From Actinomycetota bacterium (GTDB taxonomy: Bacteria; Actinomycetota; Geothermincolia; Geothermincolales; RBG-13-55-18): 64,000 bases of DNA. How positions within the stretch are numbered: the stretch's first letter is position 1; each line of letters opens with the position of its first letter. This document shows positions 55,236 through 63,035 of this stretch, piece after piece. The notes below the pieces were generated by a model. The model made no database searches, was not told where the DNA came from, and saw nothing but the letters and a program-made list of their open reading frames with translations. The stretch is taken from contig JACIXC010000001.1 of the NCBI GenBank assembly GCA_014360655.1, forward strand, positions 292,715-356,714, read 5' to 3'. A program made the translations under genes and the position numbers.

Positions 55236-56126
55236 TCAATATATCTTTCTCCCGCACCTACGGCAGAAACGCTCGCCGCTTCCCAGCCTGTTGCCGCACC
55301 CGGGGCAGAAAACCAGCGGCTCGGCCTCCCCCTGCACCGGCTTACCGCAAGCCCTACAGAATCTAACCCCCTCTTCCAGTTCGCTTCCGCAGGCGGCGCA
55401 GACGACCGGTGGCCTCCCTGCGGGTCTCCCGGCGTGTCTCCCACAGGCACTGCAGAAGCTTGCACCCTCCATAAGTTCCTTGCCGCAGCCGACGCAGAAA
55501 AGGCGAGCCGTGGGCGCCTGTCCTTCCGCCAGCTTCCCGGCTTCCGGTTCCTCTTCCTCGATCCCCGCAAGCTCTTTCATCTCAGCCAGAAAATCCCAGA
55601 AGGCGTCGTCCGCGGGTTGGCTGGCGGCCACGGCATCCAGCAAGCGATAGGCCTCGAGGTACTCGCCCTGCTCGGCATAAAGGCGGGCGGCGAGCAGGCA
55701 GACCAGGGGGTTCCCGGTGCCTTCGGGATCTTCGAGCACGACCTCGTATTGCTCAAGTGCGTCCTCTTTCCGGCCCTGCAATTGCAGGACCAGCGCATAA
55801 CTGGAGCGCAACGGAAGGCTGTCGGGATTGGCACCCAGGCCTATCTCGAGGTAATGCGAAGAATCTTCCATGTTGCCCTCCATGCCCGCCTTCATCCCCG
55901 CCATCCAGGTAAGGGTCTCGATGGTCCCGGCGTAGAGATCCTGGAAGTCAGGGTATTCCTCGAGGAAGACAAGGAGCTCTTCCAGGAGCAGATCTACGAG
56001 TACCTCTTCTCCTCCGAATACCTCTCGCTCCACCTCACGCCTTACGGGTACGGGCAGCAGTTCGGCCCCGTAGGCCTGCAGCGCCTGGTCCTCGAATCTG
56101 TAGAACGCGTACTCGCCCAAGTGCAT
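55236..56126 (-). CDS. TPR-like protein with three C-terminal zinc-ribbon motifs
   Basis: The three motifs are CVGCG...CSACG, CAACG...CRACG and CPGCG...CRRCG. The N-terminal region is helical and TPR-like. Confidence 0.6.
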   Translation of the reverse strand: MHLGEYAFYRFEDQALQAYGAELLPVPVRREVEREVFGGEEVLVDLLLEELLVFLEEYPDFQDLYAGTIETLTWMAGMKAGMEGNMEDSSHYLEIGLGANPDSLPLRSSYALVLQLQGRKEDALEQYEVVLEDPEGTGNPLVCLLAARLYAEQGEYLEAYRLLDAVAASQPADDAFWDFLAEMKELAGIEEEEPEAGKLAEGQAPTARLFCVGCGKELMEGASFCSACGRHAGRPAGRPPVVCAACGSELEEGVRFCRACGKPVQGEAEPLVFCPGCGNRLGSGERFCRRCGRKIY

Positions 56127-56143
56127 CTCTCCCCCGCGTCAAC

Positions 56144-58657
56144 TCAAGGCGTCAACCCCCTGTAGATATCGGCTACCTCCTTGGCCAGCTCCTCGGCAGA
56201 TGTCCCCCTGGACCTCAAGAAATCGTCCACCTCCACGGGTGAGGCGCCCCTGTTGATCATCCTGTTCATATCGTCGATGGTTCCCTCGACATCCGCGATC
56301 TTCCTGCTCACGGCGGCTGCTTTTCCCGGATTCGTCCGTTCGAGGTACTGGACACGCCCTCTTACCTGGTTGTTGAACGCCTTTACGATCTCGCGCTGTC
56401 CCAGGTAGCGTCGCTTCAGCGCCGATGTCATATCCCCTGACCTGGCTAATCTATCAGCCTCCGCGAAAGCCTCGTCAGCCTTGTATTGCATGGTCCTGCT
56501 CACCGTGTCCGTATGCGAGGTGCCCTTTCCGAGCTGCATATCCTGCCAGTCGTCCGGCGACATGCCGAAGGCCTCGGCGGAATGCCGGTCCACGGCAACG
56601 TTACGACAGTCGCGTCCCAACTGCGCCGGGGTGGTGCCCTCCGGGCTGCCCGCGGCACGGTAGAAGCTCTCGTCGTATATCTTCTGCACCTTGTCCGCGG
56701 GCACGTCGCGGATCTTGCCATCAGCTCCCTTGATGCGCACGGTAATGTCCTGGTCCATGGCTGCCTTGGCCTTGGCGCCCGGAACCTTGGGGTTGGTAGC
56801 CCTGAACACATCCACCTGATCCGGGCTTACCCCGAACTCACTCGCGATCTGCCGCCTTGCGTCCTCCATGGCCTTATCCTGAAGATCTCTCAGTTGTTTA
56901 TTGAAGCTCCTGATGACGCTCCTGTCCTTGGCGTTGAGCTTCTGGATGGCCAGGGGATCCTTCTGTATCTCCAGAATAGCCTCGGTCCGTATGCGCACGT
57001 CGCCGGACTTCATGGCTTTCTTGAACCTCTTGATCTTGGATTCCGCCTTCTGCAGATCGCTGGCCCATATCGTCTTCAACCTGCCCTTTTCGGCCTTGCC
57101 GAGTTTATCGAAGAGCCCTGGTTTCGCCTTTACCTTTCTGACCCTGGCAAGGTCGTCGAGCTTATCGTCCACGAGCCCTGCCGCCCTGGCGGCATCGTCC
57201 AACTTGTCTTTGCCGGCCGAGATCAGGGCCTTGCCCGCTTGCCTGCTCCCCCCTCCGAAGAGCCACCTGCCGAGCCCCGAGATACCCTCGAGCAGGCCGA
57301 TGGTGTTCAAGGTCGCCAGGGCCGAATAGGCGAAGCGGTCTGGCAGGGGCTTGTTGGGATCTATGGCGTTTTTCCACAGCTCCGTTCCCAGGATGGTCTT
57401 CAACGTGCCGAGAGGGTCCTGCAATACGGGAATGATGATATTCTCGGCGATGTACTTGGTGGCATCTTTCTTGGCTTCCTCCAGGTCCATGACGGGCTTA
57501 AACGGATCCTTCAGGCTGTTTGCGAAGTATTCCACCGCTGCCTCCGCCTGTTCCTTTTTCCACTTTTCGAAGTTCTCGTGCGTTTTTTTGATCTTGTCCA
57601 TCATGTCCTTGAGGTTTTCCACGTCGGTAACCCCATCCCATATCCATTTGGCCTTATCTGAGAGATAACCGGGGACGGTCTCGACATCGTCCCCGATGTT
57701 CCTTATGGTCTGGACGAGCACGTTCTCCGGCGCTTGCTGGTATGGATCCACCTGGGAGGAAAAGGGCTCCGCGGTACCGCCGGCGATTCCCGCCGGAAAC
57801 GGCTCCATGCCCGGGGGAGCCGCGGGTGGCGATGCAGGCTTTCCGGGAGGGGCCAGCGGCGTGACGGGCACGGGCGGCAGCGCGAGGAGCGAATTAAGAA
57901 ATCCTGTCACCGCCGCGATGATGCCGGCTATCACCGTGCCTACAAGCCATTTCCACCAGCTCCCGGGCCCCGGTATCTTGCCGGCTTCACCCTCCCTCTC
58001 GCTCTCTCCACCAGGCGTCGAGACGACATCCCCACCGGGACCCACTTCCACCCACCCCGACTGGTGTTCATAAGAAGCCAGCGTCTCCTCGAGGGTAGCC
58101 TCCATCTCGGAGACCGCCCTTTCCATCCCCGAACCGTATTTATCAGGCGGGATCTCGACCTCCACGCTGTCGCTCTTGGTGTTGCCGGTACCGGTCTCTT
58201 CCAGTGGCTGATCGGTCCCACCCACCCACGACGTCGACTCCAGGAAGGCTACGTCATTATATAAGATCTTGTCTGCAGCCGATTCATCCAGGGGTACGAT
58301 CATGCCGTCCTTGACGACTGCCTTGGTGGATGTGGTGTAGATGACGTACAGGTAATATCTCACGAATACCGTTCCGTCGTCGTGTTTCACTATCTCGGTG
58401 GTCTTTACCGTCTTTACTATCTTGAACGGGGGATCGCTCATTATTTCTCCCGTCATAAAACATGCCATATCCCCCTCCCCGTTTCTTATTTTCTCGATGA
58501 AATCCTCAGCCTGTTCTTCCGTCGGGGGCTTGATATTGTCCGCGAAACAGGGGCTGGAGCAGGAGAGCATGATGGCTCCGGTCAAAGAGATCAAGACGGC
58601 CAGGGCGAGCGGCCAGGGTGGCCGCCATGTTCCGCCCAACCGTCCCGGTATCGCCAT
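56144..58657 (-). CDS. Large (838 aa) signal-peptide/membrane-anchored protein of unknown function
   Basis: The N-terminal signal reads LALAVLISLTGAIMLSCSS. An internal hydrophobic helix reads WWKWLVGTVIAGIIAAVTGFLNSLL. A Pro-rich linker follows. The long helical C-terminal half has no recognisable family. Confidence 0.55.
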   Translation of the reverse strand: MAIPGRLGGTWRPPWPLALAVLISLTGAIMLSCSSPCFADNIKPPTEEQAEDFIEKIRNGEGDMACFMTGEIMSDPPFKIVKTVKTTEIVKHDDGTVFVRYYLYVIYTTSTKAVVKDGMIVPLDESAADKILYNDVAFLESTSWVGGTDQPLEETGTGNTKSDSVEVEIPPDKYGSGMERAVSEMEATLEETLASYEHQSGWVEVGPGGDVVSTPGGESEREGEAGKIPGPGSWWKWLVGTVIAGIIAAVTGFLNSLLALPPVPVTPLAPPGKPASPPAAPPGMEPFPAGIAGGTAEPFSSQVDPYQQAPENVLVQTIRNIGDDVETVPGYLSDKAKWIWDGVTDVENLKDMMDKIKKTHENFEKWKKEQAEAAVEYFANSLKDPFKPVMDLEEAKKDATKYIAENIIIPVLQDPLGTLKTILGTELWKNAIDPNKPLPDRFAYSALATLNTIGLLEGISGLGRWLFGGGSRQAGKALISAGKDKLDDAARAAGLVDDKLDDLARVRKVKAKPGLFDKLGKAEKGRLKTIWASDLQKAESKIKRFKKAMKSGDVRIRTEAILEIQKDPLAIQKLNAKDRSVIRSFNKQLRDLQDKAMEDARRQIASEFGVSPDQVDVFRATNPKVPGAKAKAAMDQDITVRIKGADGKIRDVPADKVQKIYDESFYRAAGSPEGTTPAQLGRDCRNVAVDRHSAEAFGMSPDDWQDMQLGKGTSHTDTVSRTMQYKADEAFAEADRLARSGDMTSALKRRYLGQREIVKAFNNQVRGRVQYLERTNPGKAAAVSRKIADVEGTIDDMNRMINRGASPVEVDDFLRSRGTSAEELAKEVADIYRGLTP

Positions 58658-58665
58658 GCCCTTCA

Positions 58666-59151
58666 TTACGCGACCGCCTTGCTGAAGATGGCCGAGTAGG
58701 CTATCCAGATGCCGGAGAAGACAAAAGACCCTGCCATGGGGATGACCATGAGGCGCATCTGCTGACCGGATGAGCGCATCAGCTCGGCCCCCACCGCCGC
58801 TCCCGAGGTCATGATGGTCGCCTGGATGAAGGCGGTGGCCGCGTTCCAGCCGAAGGCGAGGTCCGCCAGGAGGGCGAGCGCGGTGAAGGGTATGGCGATG
58901 AGGTAGCCCCGCGCCACGGCGTCAAGGCCTCCCACATACCCCGGTCCCCGGCGTAGGGGGGGATGGACCGCCAGCACCAGGCCGGCGAGGCCGGCCAGGC
59001 AGGCCGCTATGACGAGCAGGCCCAGGATCGTGTAGAGGGCTACCTGGCCCGCGCCCACAACGACGTACCTGCCGTTGAGCCATGCCAGGACGGTGAAGCA
59101 GGCCAGGATGAGCAGGCCGCAAACGATCCTCTCCGTCAGTGCTCTGTCCAC
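58666..59151 (-). CDS. Integral membrane protein (about 5 TM)
   Basis: The GTG start is preceded by TAGGAGG. The protein is hydrophobic throughout. Confidence 0.5.
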   Translation of the reverse strand: MDRALTERIVCGLLILACFTVLAWLNGRYVVVGAGQVALYTILGLLVIAACLAGLAGLVLAVHPPLRRGPGYVGGLDAVARGYLIAIPFTALALLADLAFGWNAATAFIQATIMTSGAAVGAELMRSSGQQMRLMVIPMAGSFVFSGIWIAYSAIFSKAVA

Positions 59152-59164
59152 GGCGTTTCGCCTC

Positions 59165-59674
59165 CTATATCCCCAGCAAGGCCCAACCGCAGAGGATAAG
59201 CGCCCCGCAGATGGTGGAGAGGGTCAGGGAGGCTATCACCTTCTCCCCGGTCATCTCCCGGCAAATGGCAATGATAGGGTACAGCGCCCAAAGTGCCCCG
59301 GTGATCCCGAAGGCCACGGCGGTGTTCCAGCCCGCGGTCAGGTTTGCGATCAACCCCACCAAGCAGAAGATGAGGGTAGGGGTGTAGGCGAGGCAGAAAG
59401 CCCGCACCGTCCACCCCAGGGAGCGGTCGTTTCCGAAGAGGCGCGAAGCGGCCCAGGCCAGCGCCGCCACCAGGGCTACCCCTGCGGTGCCCATGGCGGT
59501 TCCCAGGAAGGTGAAGCCCACCGCGGCCCCGGTGCTTGCGGTGCCCACGCGGTGCATGTCCAAGCCGGTCTGCAGGAAGAAGAGGGTGAAAGAAATCCCG
59601 GATATGGCGAGGCAGAAGGGCCAGGGGATGCTCTCCATGGCTCCCTTCAGCACCCGGGTGGGGTTCAAGATCAT
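59165..59674 (-). CDS. Integral membrane protein (Yip1-like topology); start uncertain
   Basis: Five hydrophobic segments. Several in-frame starts exist (59824 TTG, 59674, 59634) and none has a strong RBS. Confidence 0.4.
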   Translation of the reverse strand: MILNPTRVLKGAMESIPWPFCLAISGISFTLFFLQTGLDMHRVGTASTGAAVGFTFLGTAMGTAGVALVAALAWAASRLFGNDRSLGWTVRAFCLAYTPTLIFCLVGLIANLTAGWNTAVAFGITGALWALYPIIAICREMTGEKVIASLTLSTICGALILCGWALLGI

Positions 59675-59862
59675 GGAAAGGGCTGTACTCAGTGACGAAG
59701 ATGCTCTTGTGCCCGCAACCTCCACTCCCCGCTCCTTGATGTCGTTGCCCCCAGATGTTCTGTGGCATCCCCGAAACATGGCACGGTATATCCATATCAT
59801 CTCAATTCTTAGGGGATATTTCAACAGGACACGCTACCGTTGGCAGCGCGTAAGATAGATCT

Positions 59863-60273
59863 GTGGGCACAAATTCCTTGAAGCTATCTCTAGTGATAGA
59901 CGGGCCCCTACTCGAGCCGCTCAATATCGACGCCGACACGCCCCTGGAAATAACCACCAACGGAGAGGCGTTGATCATCACGCCCGTGCGCGATAAGAAG
60001 CGCCGTCAGGACTTCGAGGCAGCCCTGGAGAAAGCCGATCGCCAGTACGGCAGGATGCTCAAGAACCTGGCGGGCTGGATTGCCGGGCTTGTATCCCTTA
60101 CCCTGGCCCGGGTGATCGAGATACACCGGGACCAGATGTGTCGCTGCGGCGGCAGCCCCGGCACACGAGACCTCGATCTTCTTAAACCCGCCCTGACCAC
60201 GCCCCGGGCTGGCATGGGAGGGCAATATATCAAGGGATCCGGCTTAAGAAAAAGGCCACGAGGGGCCCGTTGA
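59863..60273 (+). pseudogene. Decayed TA locus: AbrB/SpoVT-type antitoxin-like N-terminus fused in-frame to the first 45 aa of a Doc/Fic-type toxin, then truncated
   Basis: Residues 20-75 resemble AbrB-family antitoxins (LEITTNGEALIITPV...ALEKADRQYGRMLKNLA). They continue without a stop into LTLARVIEIHRDQMCRCGGSPGTRDLDLLKPALTTPRAGMGGQY, which matches the Doc N-terminal pattern (iH..li..fGG..GiRD.glLesAl.rP). The Doc core HxFxDGNKR is absent. The ORF ends 2 bp before direct repeat 1. Confidence 0.5.
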
Positions 60274-60275
60274 TC

Positions 60276-60308
60276 GGTGGGCGTTAAGGGATCTGGAAGA
60301 CCTTTCCC
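60276..60308 (+). repeat. 33-bp direct repeat, copy 1 (GGTGGGCGTTAAGGGATCTGGAAGACCTTTCCC)
   Basis: Matches 61075-61107 at 30 of 33 positions. Together the copies flank the RHH/RelE cassette. Confidence 0.85.
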
Positions 60309-60465
60309 TGTTTACTGTCCTGCTTGAGATGGGTATTACGCCGCCGGCAAAGGAGGATTCACATGGTGCGTCACCTCGATGGGATAGGATGATATCTATA
60401 GGCATGGTAAAATACATGTGATACAATAACATACATAGAATACTTACTGGGATCGGAGGTACAAA

Positions 60466-60684
60466 GTGAGTAAGGCGATCTCGATCAGGCTGGATGAACA
60501 GGTGTTGAAAGAACTGGAGGACCTGTCTAGGGCAACGGAGCGCTCCCGTACCTTTCTCATCAATGAGGCCATAAAGACTTACATTGCGGAATACGGCGAT
60601 TACCGCGTGGCGCTCGACCGTCTCCTGGATAAGGACGATGAGCTGATCAGCGGCTCGGAGCTGAGGAGAAGGCTTGGGCTTTAA
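60466..60684 (+). CDS. RHH-type antitoxin (RelB/DinJ/ParD/CopG family)
   Basis: The GTG start is preceded by GGAGGT. It begins with an RHH beta-strand (MSKAISIRLDEQVLKELEDLSRATERSRTFLINEAIKTYI). Its 3' end overlaps the toxin gene. Confidence 0.75.
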   Translation: MSKAISIRLDEQVLKELEDLSRATERSRTFLINEAIKTYIAEYGDYRVALDRLLDKDDELISGSELRRRLGL

Positions 60685-60928
60685 GGTAGTATACAAAGCC
60701 TCGGTCGAGAAGGATCTCAAGAAGATAGATAAAGCCGAGGCGAAAAGGATCTTGAACGGAATAGAAGGCGACTTGGCGAAGGATCCCGATAAGGGAGCTG
60801 CCTTAAGCGGAACATTCCAGGGGTTATACAGATACAGGATCGGCGATCACAGGGTCATATACGCCAAGACGATTGATGGGGTATTGGTGTTGCGCATCGG
60901 CCACAGAAAAGACATCTATCGCGTCTAG
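60674..60928 (+). CDS. RelE/ParE-family toxin
   Basis: 84 aa. The sequence fits the RelE/ParE pattern (...KDLKKI...GLYRYRIGDHRVIYAKTIDGVLVLRIGHRKDIYR). A TTG start overlaps the antitoxin stop. Confidence 0.75.
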   Translation: MGFKVVYKASVEKDLKKIDKAEAKRILNGIEGDLAKDPDKGAALSGTFQGLYRYRIGDHRVIYAKTIDGVLVLRIGHRKDIYRV

Positions 60929-61074
60929 GATGAAGCCGGTGATCAAGCCGGAATGAGGAGTCGCCAGACGGGTATGCGAGGCAAGTCGGAAACTGTAGAA
61001 GCCGTTAATTGGCGGACTGGCAGATACGCCAGAGATATTAGGAAGCCGGGCACAGAGCCCGGCTTCTATTGCTT

Positions 61075-61107
61075 TGGTGGGCGTTAAGGGACTTGGAAGA
61101 CCTATCC
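61075..61107 (+). repeat. 33-bp direct repeat, copy 2 (GGTGGGCGTTAAGGGACTTGGAAGACCTATCCC)
   Basis: See copy 1. It ends 37 bp before the stop of the HEPN-like gene. Confidence 0.85.
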
Positions 61108-61143
61108 CCACTAGTAGTCCTCGATGAGGTGGTATGAACGGCT

Positions 61144-62550
61144 TCAGCTTTCCTGCACCAAGACCCCCCTGAGCTTGGTCTTATGCAACTTGCTTAGCGG
61201 CCCCTCAATGATTTTTATCTTCTCCTTTTCAATCATCGATGCATCAATGAGGTCTATAAGGTCCTTCTTTTGGAGGTTTAGAAATGCAGCCACTAAGATG
61301 GAAATTCGAAGAATGTTGGCCAGACTTCGCATATAAAGCCGTATATCGCCCCGCCGATTTTCAAACCTCCTTCTTTCTTTTTCATCCAATAGCTCCCCAT
61401 GAACATATCTACTTCTGATATCGTATGCATCATTTATCTCGTCCTGTATTTCATTTGCATTAAATCCCAACATGGAAAACAGCTTTGCGACTCTGCTCTT
61501 CAGGCGATACTTCAGCTCCATGTTCTCTTGCAGGAAAAGGCTCTCCATGCCCATGACAAGGTTGGCAATTCTCGCCTCCTCTCTGTTCCCCCTTAACAGA
61601 TAATCACAATAGGACGAATAAGCAATTGACAAATGTATTGACGTCTTATCGGAGAAGCTGAGTTTCTCCCAAAGCCGCATCTTGCGACACTCATTCCAAA
61701 ATTTACGGAGTATGCGGAAATCGCTTTCTTGTAAAACGTATTCTTCATATACGGATATGAGCGATATTGGTCCTATTTGTTTACCCGGATAGTATTTGGC
61801 AACAGAGTCCGTGTACTTATGATCACGAATTCTTTGAACACTACCTACCCGGAATAGCCTTAAAACCGTTTCAGCTAATTGGATGTCTTCCTCTAAGCCG
61901 ACGGTATCATAATAGTCGCCCTTAATCTCCAGAATCATTGTTGGATTCATAAAATCATCGAATTGCAAGTGTTCGTAGGCAGCGACTTTCTTCTCTAGGT
62001 CCTTTGCCGTTAACTGCCTTAGAATGAAGGTGGTTCCATCTATAATGAATTTCTTCCTAACTGTTAGAATCGAAACACCCAATAACTCTGATATCGAATG
62101 ATGTTTCCTGGGCTTTTTGTTCAAGTCTTTGATACATGAGCCAACCAATTTGGCCACGTATCTTTTGTCCAACCTCCCTTTCTTAAGAACGTCCTCCGAT
62201 AAAAAGTGCATGAAATTCCATAACAACCATTGCTCTACATTGTCGTTATCTGGAAATAAGCCTCTCAGGGTGCGTACGGAATCTTTGTAGGCGCTCTGTT
62301 TTATGTACTCCTTTACGAAACGATTCGCTTCGCCCGCGAATGATTCCCTACAATATTCTTGATAGTTGATGCCATCGCATTTTAGTTTGCCATCATCATT
62401 CATTGGCTGTGGCGGCTTTCTGGATATATACGATTGCTTCGATTTATTTAATCTCCCCTCCCGGATTAGGCATTCCAATTCATGGGCGATATTTCCTGCA
62501 AGTTCCATCAGGCAATTTGTTGCGGCTTCTTCTCGGGATAGCCGTGCCAT
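61144..62550 (-). CDS. 468-aa protein with C-terminal HEPN-like domain (Rx4HG motif), Abi/ApeA-like; low-GC
   Basis: The C-terminal 150 aa show the HEPN pattern (...MESLFL...E.KYRLKSRVAKLFSML...IQDEINDAYDIRSRYVHGEL..., where R-S-R-Y-V-H is Rx4H). The N-terminal 300 aa match no family I recognise. GC is about 40 % versus about 66 % for the flanks. It lies 12 nt downstream of the GGCT-like gene. Confidence 0.6.
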   Translation of the reverse strand: MARLSREEAATNCLMELAGNIAHELECLIREGRLNKSKQSYISRKPPQPMNDDGKLKCDGINYQEYCRESFAGEANRFVKEYIKQSAYKDSVRTLRGLFPDNDNVEQWLLWNFMHFLSEDVLKKGRLDKRYVAKLVGSCIKDLNKKPRKHHSISELLGVSILTVRKKFIIDGTTFILRQLTAKDLEKKVAAYEHLQFDDFMNPTMILEIKGDYYDTVGLEEDIQLAETVLRLFRVGSVQRIRDHKYTDSVAKYYPGKQIGPISLISVYEEYVLQESDFRILRKFWNECRKMRLWEKLSFSDKTSIHLSIAYSSYCDYLLRGNREEARIANLVMGMESLFLQENMELKYRLKSRVAKLFSMLGFNANEIQDEINDAYDIRSRYVHGELLDEKERRRFENRRGDIRLYMRSLANILRISILVAAFLNLQKKDLIDLIDASMIEKEKIKIIEGPLSKLHKTKLRGVLVQES

Positions 62551-62564
62551 AACCCATCAACCTT

Positions 62565-63035
62565 TCATTGTGGTGCCCGCAACCTTTTCAACATCTCAAG
62601 ATAATCTTCGGGCAGTTCCCAATGCGTTGCCCCGGATATAATATGGCGTAAATAGTCTTCAGCAGGAGTATGCTCTTTGTCAGATTTATTTGCAGCAACA
62701 TAGATGAATGCTCCTAACGGTCGATCTTCATCTCCATTCACAAGCACGCTGGTGCAACAACGCTCGTAGGCGTTATTCTCACCCTTGCCATAATAGCCCT
62801 CATAGGTATCGAGTCTCTTCAATTCCTCTTTCGAGATGTCATATACAACCCCCCAAACACCCGGGCTGGCATCATCCTCTACGACATCGGCAACCCAGCT
62901 TCTGCGCTTTTCTGAATATCTCGTGAATGCGAGCCGGAAGCGCGGGAGAAGGGCCAGGCATCTGAATTGGTAGGATGGGCAACGCTCCTTCATCTGCTTG
63001 GGGTCCAAGTTGGAGCCGTAGGCGAAGTACAGCAT
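62565..63035 (-). CDS. Gamma-glutamyl cyclotransferase-like (GGCT/AIG2-like) protein
   Basis: The N-terminus MLYFAYGSNL is the hallmark YGSNL motif of GGCT/AIG2 folds. A strong AAAGGAGGTG RBS precedes the ATG. The catalytic-Glu candidate cannot be confidently assigned by eye; checking it is the first test. Confidence 0.65.
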   Translation of the reverse strand: MLYFAYGSNLDPKQMKERCPSYQFRCLALLPRFRLAFTRYSEKRRSWVADVVEDDASPGVWGVVYDISKEELKRLDTYEGYYGKGENNAYERCCTSVLVNGDEDRPLGAFIYVAANKSDKEHTPAEDYLRHIISGATHWELPEDYLEMLKRLRAPQ

